From the human T2T-CHM13v2.0 reference genome, Homo sapiens: DNA of 64,000 bases. The notes under the pieces are model-generated. The model did no database searches. It worked only from the letters and a program-made list of their open reading frames with translations, and was not told where the DNA came from. The stretch lies in assembly GCF_009914755.1 (NCBI RefSeq), contig NC_060934.1. The stretch is one strand, 5' to 3'. Both the position numbers and the translations under genes were made by a program. Of this stretch, positions 42,711-58,269 are shown piece after piece. The stretch's first letter is position 1. Every line of letters begins with the position of its first letter.

Positions 42711-42835
42711 GGTCTGAGAAACACAGAAGATTAGATTGTCAAGTCAGATTTCCACAAATCTGATTTAGCAAGTATGACCTTTACTATAGAGGCAAGCTGA
42801 TGTCTGGGATCTGTAGCTGACCTCCACAAAAGTGT

Positions 42836-43422
42836 TCTCACCCAGCTAACCAGACCACCTTGCTCTCACCCAGCTAACCAGGTCACCTCACCCTCACCCA
42901 GATAACCAGGGCACCTCACCCTCACCCAGCTAACCAACCTACCTCACCCTCACCCAACTAACCAGCCCAACTCTCCCTCACCCAGCCAACCAGCCCAATT
43001 CTCCCTCACCCAGCTAACCAGCCCACCTCGCCCTCACCCAGCTAACCAGCCCACCTCGCCCTCACCCAGCTAACCAGCCCACCTCGCCCTCACCCAGCTA
43101 ACCAGCCCACCTTGCCCTCACCCAGCTTATCAGCCCACCTCGCCCTCACCCAGCTAACCGGCCCAACTCTCCCTCACCCAGCTAACCGGCCCAACTCTCC
43201 CTCTCCCAGCTAACCAGTCAACCTCACCCTCACTCAGCTAACCAGGCCAACTCTCCCTCACCCAGCTAACTGGCCCTGCTCGCCCTTGCCCAGCTAACCA
43301 GGCCACCTCGCCCTCACCCAGCTAACTGGCCCACCTCGCCCTCACCCAGATAACCAGGCCACCTCGCCCTCACTCAGGTAACCAGGCCACCATGCCCTCA
43401 CCCAGATAACCAGGCCACCTTT
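42836..43422. repeat. 28-bp C-rich VNTR, about 21 copies
   Basis: Unit ctcacccagctaaccagcccacctcgcc. Confidence 0.97.
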
Positions 43423-43829
43423 GGCCTGAAATATCTCTAGTTCTAGACTCAGACAGTTACAAACTTACATAATATTTCCTAGGGAGACATGCCCCATTAA
43501 TACAAAATTCTAGATGTGTCTATTATAAAAAACACTAGACAATCAAGCATTTTCTGCTAAAAGCACTCCATGGACAAGAAAATGGAAAATGACCCTAAAG
43601 AATAGCTTTCTTTGAACAAACTCCTCTGACAACTCCACACACAACCACTAGCATAATAACAGCTCTGAGAATTATGTCCCCCAAGTTTTAAAGCTCTGTG
43701 ATTCAGTCTTCTAGAAACCTATTTAATCTCTGAACCCTTCTTTATAACATTGATTTAGAAGACTCAAGGTCTCCTACAGCTACCCAAAGTAATAAGAGGT
43801 GAGAGCTCACTATTCTACCCTTTAAAGTC

Positions 43830-43946
43830 AGGGTGACGATATAACTCACTTATGTTGTGAGTGAGAGGGGCACTGTTGCTGGTTATGTCGGGAAAACAGG
43901 CGAAAATGTACACTACCCAGGATAACACCTAAGTATGCTCACTTCG
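43830..43946. mobile_element. MER94-like hAT-Blackjack MITE
   Basis: agggtgacgatataa...gagtgagaggggcact...gggaaaacaggcg...tatgctcact. Confidence 0.65.
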
Positions 43947-44029
43947 TCTAAAGTAAATGAAAGCAGCAATATGTTTATTTTTAAGCAGTAATATCTAAAT
44001 ATTTCTACCCACATCAGCCCCTAAATTAC

Positions 44030-44077
44030 ATATATATGTTTATATATTATATTATATATGTTTATATATATGTATGT

Positions 44078-44139
<62 letters not shown>

Positions 44140-44140
44140 G
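44030..44140. repeat. Compound (TA)n/(TG)n microsatellite
   Basis: Direct reading. Confidence 0.95.
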
Positions 44141-46297
44141 CATTCTCTGAAAATAAATTTGGAAATACCAAAAAGCCTAGAGCTGTTTCAGCTGACAGAT
44201 CAGCCCACGTTTTTGTTAGAAACATGAGTGCAGTGCAGGAGACAATGAGGAAGAATACGGCTTTGTTTGGTGGAAGCACAGCATCGAGGCTCAGTAAACT
44301 CTCCTTTATTGTGTGTCTGAGTTGGAACGTCTGGATAATAATTTAGCCTAAGCCACCAGGAAGAGATGGAGACTTATATAAATCATACAGCTCTGAGTAT
44401 ACTGCTTGCTAAACAAATACCAACAGAAAGAATAATGTTTGCCTAATGGTGGTGAAATGTCACACGAAATGTGTGCTCAGCAAAGCAATCACCCTCAGCC
44501 TGCACAGAATGATCCGGAAAGCATGATACTCAAGGGCGTTGGGGGTCTTCTCTTCCTTTGATCTTCCTGTGTGAGAGAGAGCTTTTTTTTGGATGGAGGT
44601 GAAGCATTTTTTCTTGCTTTTACATCTAGATTAGTGTTTGTGGGGAAAAAAGTGATAAAAGATGAATTCAAAGACAAGGAAAAAAAGATGAAAGTAAGGA
44701 TTAAAACAAGAAAGAAAAAGAAAGAAAGAGACAGAACCTTTGGATTAATGGAAATGGATTTCTTTTAAATAACTATCGTCATTACTAACTAGAATAAAGG
44801 CCCTCACCACTCCATCCCCCTTGCTCCTGTTCACCTGTCACAGTGCCTTGGACACAATATATACTCACAGATTACCGACGGGGAGAGGCAGAGAAGAAAT
44901 TAAGACGTTCTAGAAAAATTAAAATAAAACACACCAGAGGTTGTGTCTCAACTATTAGCAACGGTACCATAGTATTTTCTGAGTAGATCTTTAGTTCAGT
45001 TCTTCATACTTTCTTTTCTAACTACAAATTTAAAAATGGAAAATACATCATCTGTTTTCTAGCATTTTCTCTAAATTATGTCCTAAATTGATTTATTTGG
45101 AGATTAATATAAAAAGAGACAAGCGTTCTCCTTAGAATCACCATCTACGTTACGAATGGTGTGTATTTTATAACAATACCACTAGGTTCAATTAGTAGCT
45201 CATTTACATTAATATCTTAAAAATTTGTCTGGAATATTTATAGTAATTTTTTCGATAAACAAGTCTATTTTGTTTTGCCATTTAGGTCACTTTTTAATCT
45301 TTAACTTGTAGTTGTATCTGGAGATATTTTCTGAGCTGTCATCTTAAGATATGAGCAAGAAGCATAATGTCTAATGTGGTTGACATTTCAATCTGAATTT
45401 GAATATTTTGTATGAATGATGAGCATATTATTTTCAAGTAAATGATAACTTTTTATGGAAGAGGGCATTGTGTTACTATATAAGAATAAAATAAAATATT
45501 CTCTTTCTTCAAGCATCTTAGAATTATATAAACCACATGTGAAGAGATGTTAGATAACATGAAAATTTTACTAAACATGCAACATTATTAAATGCTAAAT
45601 GATAGCGTAGCATAAATTTGTAGCATGGAGCTAATATTTCACAGTTTATCTAGGAATTATCTCTGGAGAGTATGAAGTGTCTTAATATCTGTCAAAAATA
45701 CAACTGATGTTGGAAAATATGTTTGTTTACAAGTAAGTTGTGTGTGTCAAGGCATTTTGTAGGTTTGTCATTTGATAGAGGAACTCTTTGAATTGGTGGG
45801 AGGTACAATTCCCTAGTCTTCTAAAACTGGTTCTTGTTTTCTATGTCCTGGGCTTGAATAATGAGATATAGAGGCAGCACTTTCACAATGATTATGGAGA
45901 AGTGTGGAGAAGCCGACCCCAGCTCCTGAGAGTCTGTGCTAGAACAGCCTTCTCAGGTGCTCTGACTGAACCAAGTGACAACAGTGCAAGAGGGCATGGT
46001 GACAAGGTCTGTCCTGAGCCATTGTGGATGGCACTTTATGGCTTACAAGTGTCTTCAGGTGACACAGCCTAAAAATTCTTGAAAACGGGTCGAAGTGGAG
46101 AGAATGGGAGGATGAGAACCAGTGCTTTCCCCATCCCGTGCATCAACACCGCTATTCCTTGAATCTTTAAGAAGAACAGACGAAGTAGTAAAGTGAACAC
46201 ATCAAGGAACACTCCCGGCTCTAGATAGGCTTCTCATAAACCTTTGTTTAATAGTCTATTTTAACCAATTGAAGAGAAACAAACAAATAAATCATGG

Positions 46298-46601
46298 GGC
46301 CAGTGTGTGGCTCATGCCTGTTATTCCAGAACTTTGGGAAGCTGAGGCAGGAGGACCCCTTGAGCTCATGCATTTGAGACAAGCCTGGGCAACATAGGAA
46401 GAATCCATTTATACAAAAAATTTTTAAAAATAGCGGGGTGTGGTGGCGTGCAGCTGTCATCCCAGCTACGTGGGAGGCTGAAGTGGGAGGATCACTTGAG
46501 CCCAGTGGTAGAGGCTGCAGTGAGCCATGATGCATCCAGTGCACTCCAGCCTGGGTGACAGAGTGAGGCCCTGTCTCAAATAAAATAAAATAAAATAAAA
46601 A
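46298..46601 (+). mobile_element. AluJ
   Basis: J-type gggaggatcacttgagccc, gaggctgcagtgagccatgat; (TAAAA)n tail. Confidence 0.93.
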
Positions 46602-46740
46602 GGAGAAGTTTCTTTCAATGTACAGCAAACACAAACATCAAAGTACAGTGGGTGGTATTAGGGTGTTTATAGAGGAGTTGCTTCTGCTGCAAGATAGACA
46701 AGAACTAAAGGTGGAAAGGAAGCAAGCTCCTGAAAGAGGA

Positions 46741-46909
46741 CAGGTGCGGGAACATCCAAGACTCTCAGATTCTACGTCATTCCCTGCAGGTGCGGGGACT
46801 CTCAGATTCTATGTCATTCCCTGCAGGTGCAGAGACATCCGGGACTCTCAGATTCTACATCATTCCCTGCAGGCGCGGGGACATCTGGGACTCTCAGATT
46901 CTAAATCAT
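46741..46909. repeat. ~46-bp tandem repeat, about 3.7 copies
   Basis: caggtgcggggacatccgggactctcagattctacgtcattccctg variants. Confidence 0.9.
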
Positions 46910-47232
46910 ACTCCACATCTCACAGCAGGAGGAGACTGATTCTGGAGAGATTACCCAAACTGCTCAAGCAACCCACTCAATCTGCAACTGAGCGGGGTCT
47001 AAAGCTCAGGGCTTTCCACTCCTCATTCTGTATTCGTTCTTCCACCAGCACTTACTGTCTCTCCAGTGACTCAATGCTTGGGCCCAGATTAACACCTCAG
47101 GAAGGTTATGTACCTTGCTATGAGTTACAAGTACTGGAGGATAGCGCAGGTGCATTATACCAGTCTGATGTGAGGTAAATATGTGGTATCAGTGAAGGTT
47201 TATGGACAGTAAAATTAGGAGTGTTTGAAATA

Positions 47233-47415
47233 CAGATGTTCTTGGACTTATGCAGGGGTTAAGTCCCAATACATTCATCCTAAGTTGGCAATATTGTCAG
47301 TAAGAAACGCATTCAATACACTTAATCTATGGAACATTACAGCTTAGCCTGGCTTACCTTAAATGTCCTCAGAGCACTTACCTTAGGCTGCAGTTGGGCA
47401 AAATCATCCAACACT
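47233..47415 (+). mobile_element. Tigger3-family left end
   Basis: TA-cagatgttcttggactta...ggggtta...gcttagcctggcttaccttaaatg..ctcagagcacttac...cagttgggcaaaatcatc. Confidence 0.82.
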
Positions 47416-49151
47416 ACTACCTAGTTTCAGAAGGTTTTGCATAATTAACCAGCTATGTCTGGGAGTAACATCATAAGAAGCAGGCCCCTTAGGTTCTTAA
47501 TTTAGATCAATGACAATTAGAAGACCTAACCCTTAAGGATAAGGGCTAAAAAGGGTTTAAATCTTATTTGTTTGTTTATTCTTTTCTTTTTTCTTAAGAC
47601 AAATGTTTTTTAGAACAAAAGGCGTAGGTTCTTCAGCAAATATGGGCATTTGTGTATTACAATTCCTTAAACTCTGTGTGTATGTTTTACGGTTTTTGTT
47701 CATATGACGTATTTCATTAAAATACTTTTTAAAAGCAACTGACTTTTTTTTCTGAACATAGCACTATTTTTCAAATCGCGTGTTTTAACAGTGCCATAAT
47801 CCCAGGAGGAAAGTGCTATTTGCAGCACCTGCCGAGCCGGGGGTCCTCAGGCACTGGGTTGATGTATTTACTAAACCCAGAAACAGACATCTTTTGATGT
47901 AAGATGAAAGAGGTTAGCCCACATCGTGATAAATGTTCATGTCTCAAACTATTTATAAACAAGGAAATGCCAGGGCTCCTATATGGCAGTCCAGGCAAAA
48001 GAGCCTAAAGAATATTTGAGATAAACACAGCAGGTGTTTATCTAATGACTCGTCTTGCCCCAGGGTCACTGAAGAAAGGGCTCCCATTGCAGCCAGCGTG
48101 GTGGAAAGCCTGGGGCACAGCGTCAATGGCAATTGGGGTACTGGCTGCACTGCAACACTGCATAAGCCCATGGCCTCGGTGAGCTTCCTCTCACTCAACA
48201 GCAAAACCGCGATCACAAGTAGACTCTGCTTCTCAAGCCATTAGCCAGTGTCTAGCACAGAGTGAGGACTCAAAAAATGCTGATTACCCGGTCAGGAATT
48301 ATTTGCTGAAACACCACTGAGATCTATATTGCATCTTATTGGAAACAACATCATCACATTAAACACATAGGAGGATTTTAGAAACATTCTCTTGTGCAAA
48401 ACGCCACTCTATCTGAGTAAGTTAAAACACATAAATTGTCAGAATATTATATTGACTGTGAGATATTTATGGTATCAGGAGGGCACAGCAGTTTAGGGAG
48501 GCAAGATGGCAACGTACGTCCTCATGGAGAGAAACGTGAATGGACTTCAAGGGGATTTCTGGATTCGGATGAGCAGAGGAGACTGGCGAGAGCAGATGGG
48601 GGGAGGAGCTGCAGCTGGATTGCAGACTTTCCTTTTTCGTCATTGGATGTGTGGATTTGGATCAGCGCAGACGGGAACGCTCAGATCCACAACCAGTCTA
48701 GAGAGGTCCATTTCAGGCCCTGGGGCAGGGCACACAGAGAGACTGTTCATGTGACTCAGACACGCTCCACTCTTAGCACTTACAAAGCTCCGAGTATTTC
48801 AGAGATGAGATGCAATTTATGTCCCGTAGAAAGGACATGGTGGCTACTGGTCTCTCAGGGTCTACAGCCAAAGTCCATAGCCCTCAACTTACATTTCCAG
48901 AGTCATTTCCAAAGTAAATTTCTGATAGGATTCTTGCTGTAGGATGACATCACAGGAACTCAACAAGGTAATTTCTGATAGCATAAACCCAGGAAGTTAT
49001 GCATAGAGACAGAAAGGAATGAGAGACAGCAAGAAGGTCACTGAATGAAATAACCCAGATACCAGCTGAGACCCCTCATCTTTTATATATTTGCTATGCT
49101 GGGTTTTAATCCCCAGGTTCATGGCCTGTGGCAGCTATACTTAGTATAAAT

Positions 49152-49177
49152 TGTGTGTGTGTGTGTGTGTGTGTGTG
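49152..49177. repeat. (TG)n microsatellite
   Basis: Direct reading. Confidence 0.95.
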
Positions 49178-49744
49178 TTTGTCTGTCCTGAATTTCTAGG
49201 GAGAAATGCTCTCATGGTCCCAGGCTCAAGAGAATGTTGGGCTCCTCTTAAAATTTTAATTACTCACTTAATCTTTCAGTTGAGAGTAATTTTTAGTGTC
49301 TCCTAGGTGTGGGGCACCTCTAGGATAGAAGTCCTGTTGGGTTAAAGGAAAGAACAACTTACATGGGCAGATTTTAACTCCAGGGACTTTAGTGAAGATG
49401 ATTTCATAAATTGCTCATGCCTTCCAATAAATAATTGTGTAAGTATTTTTGAACATGAAAAATCTACTATATAGTTCACCATAGAGCATTTTCTGTAAGC
49501 TATAGAGTGACAAGATAAAGATTTTTATCCATATCACTAAAGACATTACATTAATGAGAAGACTAAAGGAATGCTTATTGTTTGAAATGTCACCTACGGT
49601 GAAGCCTGTGTCCCTGTGTGAAATGGTATAATGTGTATGGATGACGCATTGGACATTGATGTAAGTTAAAACAAATGCAAAATCATAGGCTATCAGAGGG
49701 TAAGTTGACCTTATACACTATCTAATTCAAATTTGTAAATCAGG

Positions 49745-50316
49745 ACAAACAAAAATTGAGGGAATTTATCACCAATAGACATGTCGAGCGAGGGATGTTA
49801 GAAAACATTCTTCAGAAACAAAGAAAAAGTTATAGTTCAGAAACCCAAATCTACACAAAGAAAGGAAGAGCATGAGAGAATAAACAAAGATAAACTGAAA
49901 TCTTTTATATGTCTTTTCTTAGTTGATCTAACAGGTAGCAGTTACTTTAAATAACAAGGAGAGCAACGCTGTTAAAGGATGAGCACGAGGAATTGGGAAT
50001 GTTCTGTTCTAAGGCACATGCACAGCCCATGAAATGGCACAGGGTTATTTGAAAGAGCACTTGGACTTATTGTAAATGTATACTGCACATTCAAGGGCAA
50101 CCACTAAAAATAATTTTTTGAAAAAAGCATAATTGATATACTAAAAGTAAACAAAAATACAATCCTATAAAATAAAACCAGAGAAGGCAGAAAATGAGTG
50201 GAAGGCAAAAAAAAAAAAAAAAAAAAGAAATAATAAGATTAACAAATAGAAAACAGTAACAGATGTGGTAGGTATTATTCAGACTACATCAAAAATGAGT
50301 TTAAATGTTAATGGTC
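49745..50316 (+). mobile_element. Old L1M ORF1-end/inter-ORF fragment
   Basis: aaattgagggaatttatcaccaatagac...agggcaaccactaaaa...caaatagaaaacagtaacagatgtggtag...ttaaatgttaatggtc. Confidence 0.7.
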
Positions 50317-50319
50317 AGA

Positions 50320-50525
50320 GTACTCCATAGATGAACGGGACTTCAGGGGCCCTTCTGATCCTGGAGGGACTGCCCCTTCTAGAGTTAGTTAATTCCCAGA
50401 TATAGCAAACAACCTGCCTGTAAGTGTGCTTATCATTAGCAAACTGACCAATGCCGAGTCGAAATCCCCAACCACAGGCTCTCATGCTCAGCCCCACCGT
50501 ACCTTGCCCTAGTCACCCCCGGGCA
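50320..50525 (+). mobile_element. ERVL-type LTR fragment (MER54/MER74-like)
   Basis: ggagggactgcccctt...taattcccagatatagcaaacaacctgcc...gcaaactgaccaat. Confidence 0.5.
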
Positions 50526-51534
50526 CATTTAGTTTTTCCAGTTTGGTTAAACATTTGGACATTTACACTTGGCATACATTTAATTCATAAATATAATCTT
50601 GTAAATTTAAGATTTCAAAAAACTGTTAACTTGATTTTGAAGATACATTGAAATTGAAAATATACAAATCTTATAAATGCCTAGCATTTAATAAAAAAAA
50701 TTAGGAAACTATAAAATGAAAATATAAGCCCCAAACAGGACAAAACACCAGCCACTAGGAACCGACGTAGAAATTATAGAAACCATGAAGTCAGCACATG
50801 TGCACTTTAAAGTAACTGCTGCAACTGTCATCAAATATTAAAAGAACGTTTTTTAAAAGTTATTTTAATCTAGCAATTGTCAACGAGATACCATGCAATA
50901 AAAATAACTCAGATAAATTTAAGATGCCGAATTCCTGGAATTCAACTCTTAAAAAATTCAACTCTTAAAAAAATAACAGGGAGAAATATAGCTTAGATAC
51001 ATGTTACATAATCTGTTAATTTACAAATACAAATATATGTGTCCAATAAATAAGTATATTAATCCTCAATATTATTTAAGAATTTTTGGCAAAATTCTAA
51101 TGATATCATATATTTGCAATATTTTGTAATTCTTAGGTCACCCAGATGTCATAATATTTTGATATAAATATATTTATTTTCACCTTATATTTGATAACTG
51201 AATCTACATAAAAAAATCAGAGTTTATGATGTTGTTCTAATACTTTTGAATTTTTTATCTCCAAATGCCAGTTTCAACTTTCAATCTTCCAAATGTATTA
51301 CTTCAGATTCTCCTTGCACCAAGTTAAGACTGTTAGTCTCAACTAACGTGATTCCAAATTTCATCACACCATTCAAGGAGTTCTCAGCCATTGCCCGCAG
51401 AAGCACTGTGGAACTACCTTGAAATATCCCATTCTTGCTGGTGATAATTTTCTTTTTGATGACAATAACTTAATCAATGTAACGAATCCTCCCCATAAAA
51501 TAAATTTGTTCAACAACTAGAGACTTTTATGTGA

Positions 51535-52081
<547 letters not shown>

Positions 52082-52820
52082 TAGATTTTGGATTCAAGAT
52101 GTATATACTTGGTCTTAGTTCCTGATTCTCCCAACAAGATCTGAAACAGATGTTCTTAAATAGTTTTTTCATATTTAACTCTGTTGTGAAAATGTTTAAG
52201 TTTAAATATATACTGAATATAATTTAAAATTTCAGACACTGACGTTACTGAAATAGCATCTTACATTACAAAGCTGTAAGGAAACTACATTATCTTTTAA
52301 TGTGTAATGTGATGATATGTTAAGGGAATTGGTAAATATTAAATTCAATAATTTATATATTTTTAAAATATATTAAGGGAAAGTGATATGAGATTAAAAG
52401 TTTATAAGGCTAATACTTTTTCTCAAATTGAGAAATCAGATTTCCTCAGAGGTCCACAGAAAATGAAAAATAACTTTGTTTACTTGTATCTTATGTACAT
52501 TTGGTAAATAAATATGCTTCAATTCATGCCTCCACGGCTCATCAAACTATTAATTTAAAATATACTACAGCTGCATATTGGAATAACAGCAAATTTTAGA
52601 ATTATTCAGAAGATAGTTTTGCCATGGTCAAGATTATTTGTAAAATTAAGGTGTATAAAACAATTTAAAATATTTTGGGTCATTGATATAATTGACGATA
52701 GTATGGGTGATACAAAATGAATCTTTGAAAAACTGCTGCACTAGATGGGAAGTTATTTCTCTGGGGATTGTAGCTCAGGTGTGTGTCAATAACTTCAGCT
52801 GAGACAAAGATCATGGGCAA

Positions 52821-53080
52821 GTGTGTGTGCACGTGAGAGAGTGTGTGTGCGTGTGTGCACATGTGTGGGAGAGTGTGTGAGTGCACACCTATACCTGTCT
52901 GTGCGTATGTGGCAAGGATGCACAAGTATGCATGTGTGTGCATCTGTGAGACTGTGTGTGGTGTGCACATGAGTGTGATCACACACACGTGTGACTGTGT
53001 GAGTGTGTATAAGTGTGTGAGCATATACATGTGCACCTGGGAGTGTGTGTGTGTGATTGTGAGAGTGTGTGAGTGTGTGT
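52821..53080. repeat. Degenerate (TG)n tract
   Basis: Direct reading. Confidence 0.9.
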
Positions 53081-53168
53081 TAGTTATGAGTGTCTGATAA
53101 CAGGCAGCAGGGGAGGTATGGAGAAGATGATTGTAAATACATCTGAAAGCATCATGCTCACTCAAACA

Positions 53169-53614
<446 letters not shown>

Positions 53615-53753
53615 TGAGGGTGAAGGATAATGCTCAGACAGCATCTTCTGTGATACGGAATTCTTGGGCCGATTCTTCTCAGCGGAGTTAATGCTTTTCC
53701 CCTTGGCCTGGAGAATATTCGCCAGCTGCGCTTGTGGCTGCAGCTTACGCTGA

Positions 53754-54366
<613 letters not shown>

Positions 54367-54704
54367 AAAGAACTCCAAGTGCAGTTTTTATATTTTGTTT
54401 TCGCACTGAAAATTAGTCAGATATGCTTCAGCCTCAGAGCATGTTTATGTAAAATTAAATGAGCGCTGGCAGAGAGCTGCACTTTTTCTTTTCTTTTCTT
54501 TTTTTTTTTTTTTACTAACAGGAAATTAAAAAGTTCTCAAGGGAAAGCCTGTCCCATCTACATTCATAATTCCAAAGACACCTGTGCATTCCGCTGCCTG
54601 TGTAAAGTACACACCATCAATCTTTGTGGATTTACTCTTGCATGTTTAGTATACACAATTTTATTGGACCAGTTCCAATCTCAGAAACGGGAAAGTATGC
54701 TAAA

Positions 54705-54893
54705 GCAGTAATTTTCTACAGTCGCTGATAGTCGTATCACCTGGGGCTCTTTTTAATAAATGCTGGTATCTGGACCACATCTCATGATGCTTCGGTTTCA
54801 CGCATCTGCGTGAGGTCCCGGCATTAGAACTTTAAAACTTAACCAAGTGTGTTTTAAGAGGTTGCCAGGGGATCTGGGGAGCCACAACTCTAG
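54705..54893. mobile_element. MER5-like hAT-Charlie fossil
   Basis: atcacctggggctcttttt...aaatgctgg..tctggacc...tgaggtcccggcatt...ggagccaca. Confidence 0.6.
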
Positions 54894-56541
54894 GAATTCT
54901 AACTCATGCTTTGGATTCTCTTGTATTGACAACCATATCTCAAACCACTCTGTCTTGCTTCCAGAGGTCTTACCATTGTCTTCCATTTTTTAACGGTGGC
55001 TATACAATATTTTCCTTACTCCCTGTGTTTGTAATGAATATTTTCCCTACTCTGTGTTAGTAATGTAAAATACCCCTTCCTTACACTAAAAATTGCTCTT
55101 ATTTTCTCAGGGTTCTTGGAAGTTGAAATTCTGTTGGGGCTTTGGGGCCATGCTACCTGCTTCTCTTCCTCCCGGATGTCCGTGACTTATCCACCTATAT
55201 TGCTCATCAATGCCTTCTCCTTGACTCTGCGTGGATTGTGCCTCCTTACTACCTACCCGTTAAGGCAATCTATCCTTATTTTGAGCAAAGAGACTTAAAG
55301 TCAATTCTTCGTGGAATAAATAATTCTTTTGTCTGGAGTCTTCCTTCCCATCTGTGTTATTATCTTCCAAATGTGGCTTTATCCTATTCATGACCCAAGA
55401 GTTCATTTTCCCCGACTATGGTAGGCAGCTGAGCTTCTTCCACATTTGTGCCAATTTGTTCAATTCAACTTCAATGAATGAGGCCATGACCAGGTGTGTC
55501 CAAGACATGGCAGTAGGAAGCACATCACACAAGCTCACGAAGAGCTACAGATGGTACCATGGCAGCTGCATAATGCTGCAAAATAGAGGGGCTCTGCTTA
55601 TGAAAATGAAAGGCTTTGTAAGTCTCAGTTTCCAGCAGAGAAGAACATCAAGGCGCCATATTCCAGTCTGTGCTATTGTTTTTAAAAAACTCATGGATGG
55701 ACAATATTTCTTAGTTAGGCAGTTAGACAAAATGGCTAGGTGTCTGTGTTAATTTCCATGTATTTGCAAAACTATGTGCACCAAATTACAAACTTCTCGT
55801 GTATGCATATGGAAACCTACAGAATGAGAGGCTGTTTGTAGCCTGTTTCTCTTCCTTCTCATTTTTCTCTTCTTCACATGCAACTCTTAGCCAGCCATAA
55901 AAAATGAAATGCGGTTAAACCTAACAGTTGAGCAAGTTGAAATTGTTTTAAAATATTGAGGTCAAATAATTATATTTCAAACAGATTAAAATCTCTATGA
56001 AATGAGGCTATATAAGAACTAGGAACCTCAGAACCTCATTTTTAATTCACACTATGGAATTCTAAAGTTAACTGTATCTGTTATCTGCTTTGTTCCATGA
56101 TGTTAAAAATCTAGGATTTTTATGATTGCCAGCAAAATATTTTTCTCTGGTAATGCAAGAAAGCGGGATGAGGAACAATAAGTTAGGGAATTGAATTGGC
56201 ATAATTCCCAATTTAATAACACAAATGTCTAGGGACATAAGAACTTATCGAATTTTGTCAGGTTGAGATTTATTTTCAATATAAAGAGAAAAGTAGTCCA
56301 GTGCAAATAACAGAATATTGTAAAATGAGAAATTAAATCATTTTACAAGATGCACAATGTATTTATGTTTTCTACTTTGCAGTTGGACAATAAAAGAACA
56401 TTATCTCAATAATGTTAATGTATTTTATTTCTAATCTATCTGATGACCAAACTCTAACCTAACAAACGTATTTTTATTCAACTAGTGAAATTCAAATCAG
56501 CTATATCTGTTCATTGTTTTATCTCATTTTAAGTTTCTTAA

Positions 56542-57049
56542 TCCTTTTGGTGTTTAGGAAAAAAAAGTGCAGTTGGCTGCCAGCACTCATTAAAGTTTAC
56601 ATAAACATGGTCTGAGGCTGCAGCCAATCTGACTGATTTTCAATGTGAAAATAAAATATAAAAACTGTTCTTGGAGTTATTTCTAAACAGAACTCACATC
56701 AGAACCATCAGAATTGTCTATGTCAGAAAAATCGAATTCATCAAATGAATCTTCAGGCAATGACTGTTCAAGAAGGATGTTAACATCCACGTAAGAATGC
56801 TACGTTTTCTAGTTTTCTAGGATTTGACATGTTCAGTGATCAAGAATGACTGTACTTTGTGAACGGAAATACCGCTACTAAAAAAAGAATGCTATAAACA
56901 GAATGACGTCTTCTGTTTCCAAAGTCAATATACTAGCGTGATGCAAAAATAATAATAAAACCTAGGTATTTCATGGCAAAGTTATCTCGGGGTACACGCT
57001 GCAGCTGCAAGTGCCCTGGTGAGTATTCTCCGAGAAAACTGGTAAAGGG
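56542..57049 (-). mobile_element. MER75 non-autonomous piggyBac, copy 2, full length and inverted relative to copy 1
   Basis: TTAA at 56538-56541 and 57050-57053; ends tccttttggtgtttag and aaactggtaaaggg; reverse complement aligns with copy 1 throughout. Confidence 0.93.
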
Positions 57050-58269
57050 TTAAAAGGTTTAGCAGTGAATGATCTAGCTTAAGCCAAGTGGGCTTATGCT
57101 TTCAACATCCATAGCATGGCCAGTTGCCATCAGTTATCCAAGTCACAACTGGGGTGGCATAGAAGCCAACTCACATCAGCAAGCTTCCAAGGGACAAGGT
57201 GGCTGTTCCCTGTGACTCCACCCTCATTGATTTGGAGGGATCATATTCAATTTTCTTTCAGAATTTGCCTTATGCATAATGTGACTCCTTGGCGTCTATT
57301 GAGGCCCAAATCCCTTGCTCTCCATATTTGCTCATTCAATTAATCAAAACAAAACAAAACAAAAAGGCAAAAGAAAACTTTAACTAAAAAAATACTTTGC
57401 ATTCCAATTTTAGAAATAAAAAAAATTTTTGAAAAATGTCCACTTCCCAAAATGTTAATTTACGTTTTAAAATATAAATGCTGAGAAAGCAAAAAATTGC
57501 CCTTAATTTATACAAATTATTTGTGTATGGAAATGGTGTAACAGATACATTTCCTTTTCTTATAGTTCGGCTTTGCAGTTGGACGATAAAAGAACACTTT
57601 CTTATGGTGGAGGAAGAGAATAAAAATATGCCATGAATAATATTAATATTTCCTGTTAGCCCTGATTTTATATGACTGGCTAAATACTATCTAGTTAATT
57701 GCCTCCTGATTTCCCAGGAATACATTTTATATTTTTTTATATACAAGAAGTGGACATTTCTCAAATATGTATATATTTGCTTTGCTGCATTGCTTTGCTG
57801 ATTATTTCCTATCGCTAAAGTGATCAAGTAGTAAAATTCACACTTGACAATTTCTGGGACCCAATACTCATGGCTTTAACTTGTCTTAGAAGTGGTGAAT
57901 TGCAATGCCTTCCAATGGGGGCTACTAGGGAGTCCTAAAGGGAGAGGCGCCTACTCAACAGCAACCAGGCGTTGGCATGCAGGAATGGGTGCCACGTCAT
58001 CCAGAAAATTGATGTCTAAGTGAATCTCTCAACTTCACACGTGCGTGATATCCTCATGTGATCCAAATGGACCCATCTGAAATATTGAATCTGGGCAGTG
58101 GCCTTGCAGATTGCAACCCCTGCAAATAAGGCTGAAGTTTCAGAACCTCAGATCACTCCTTGTTCAAATTGTTCAAATTAAAACAGACTCAACGGGTTTA
58201 TTGGGGAAGATCTCTACTTGCACCAATTCCACAGGAGAAAACGTACCTCTAGGGAGGATTTTAAGGCTG

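Noticed and set aside
42836-43422. CTAACC in most units as an interstitial telomere
   Set aside because: There is one hexamer per 28-bp unit and never tandem (TTAGGG)n.
46618-48942. 186-aa and 168-aa ORFs as genes
   Set aside because: The first spans a tandem repeat. Neither has recognisable domains or splice support.
54526-56541. Autonomous piggyBac transposase between the two MER75 copies
   Set aside because: The interval holds a MER5-like fossil and unique DNA. Its ORFs (for example 55354-55752) show no piggyBac DDD-domain similarity that I can recognise.
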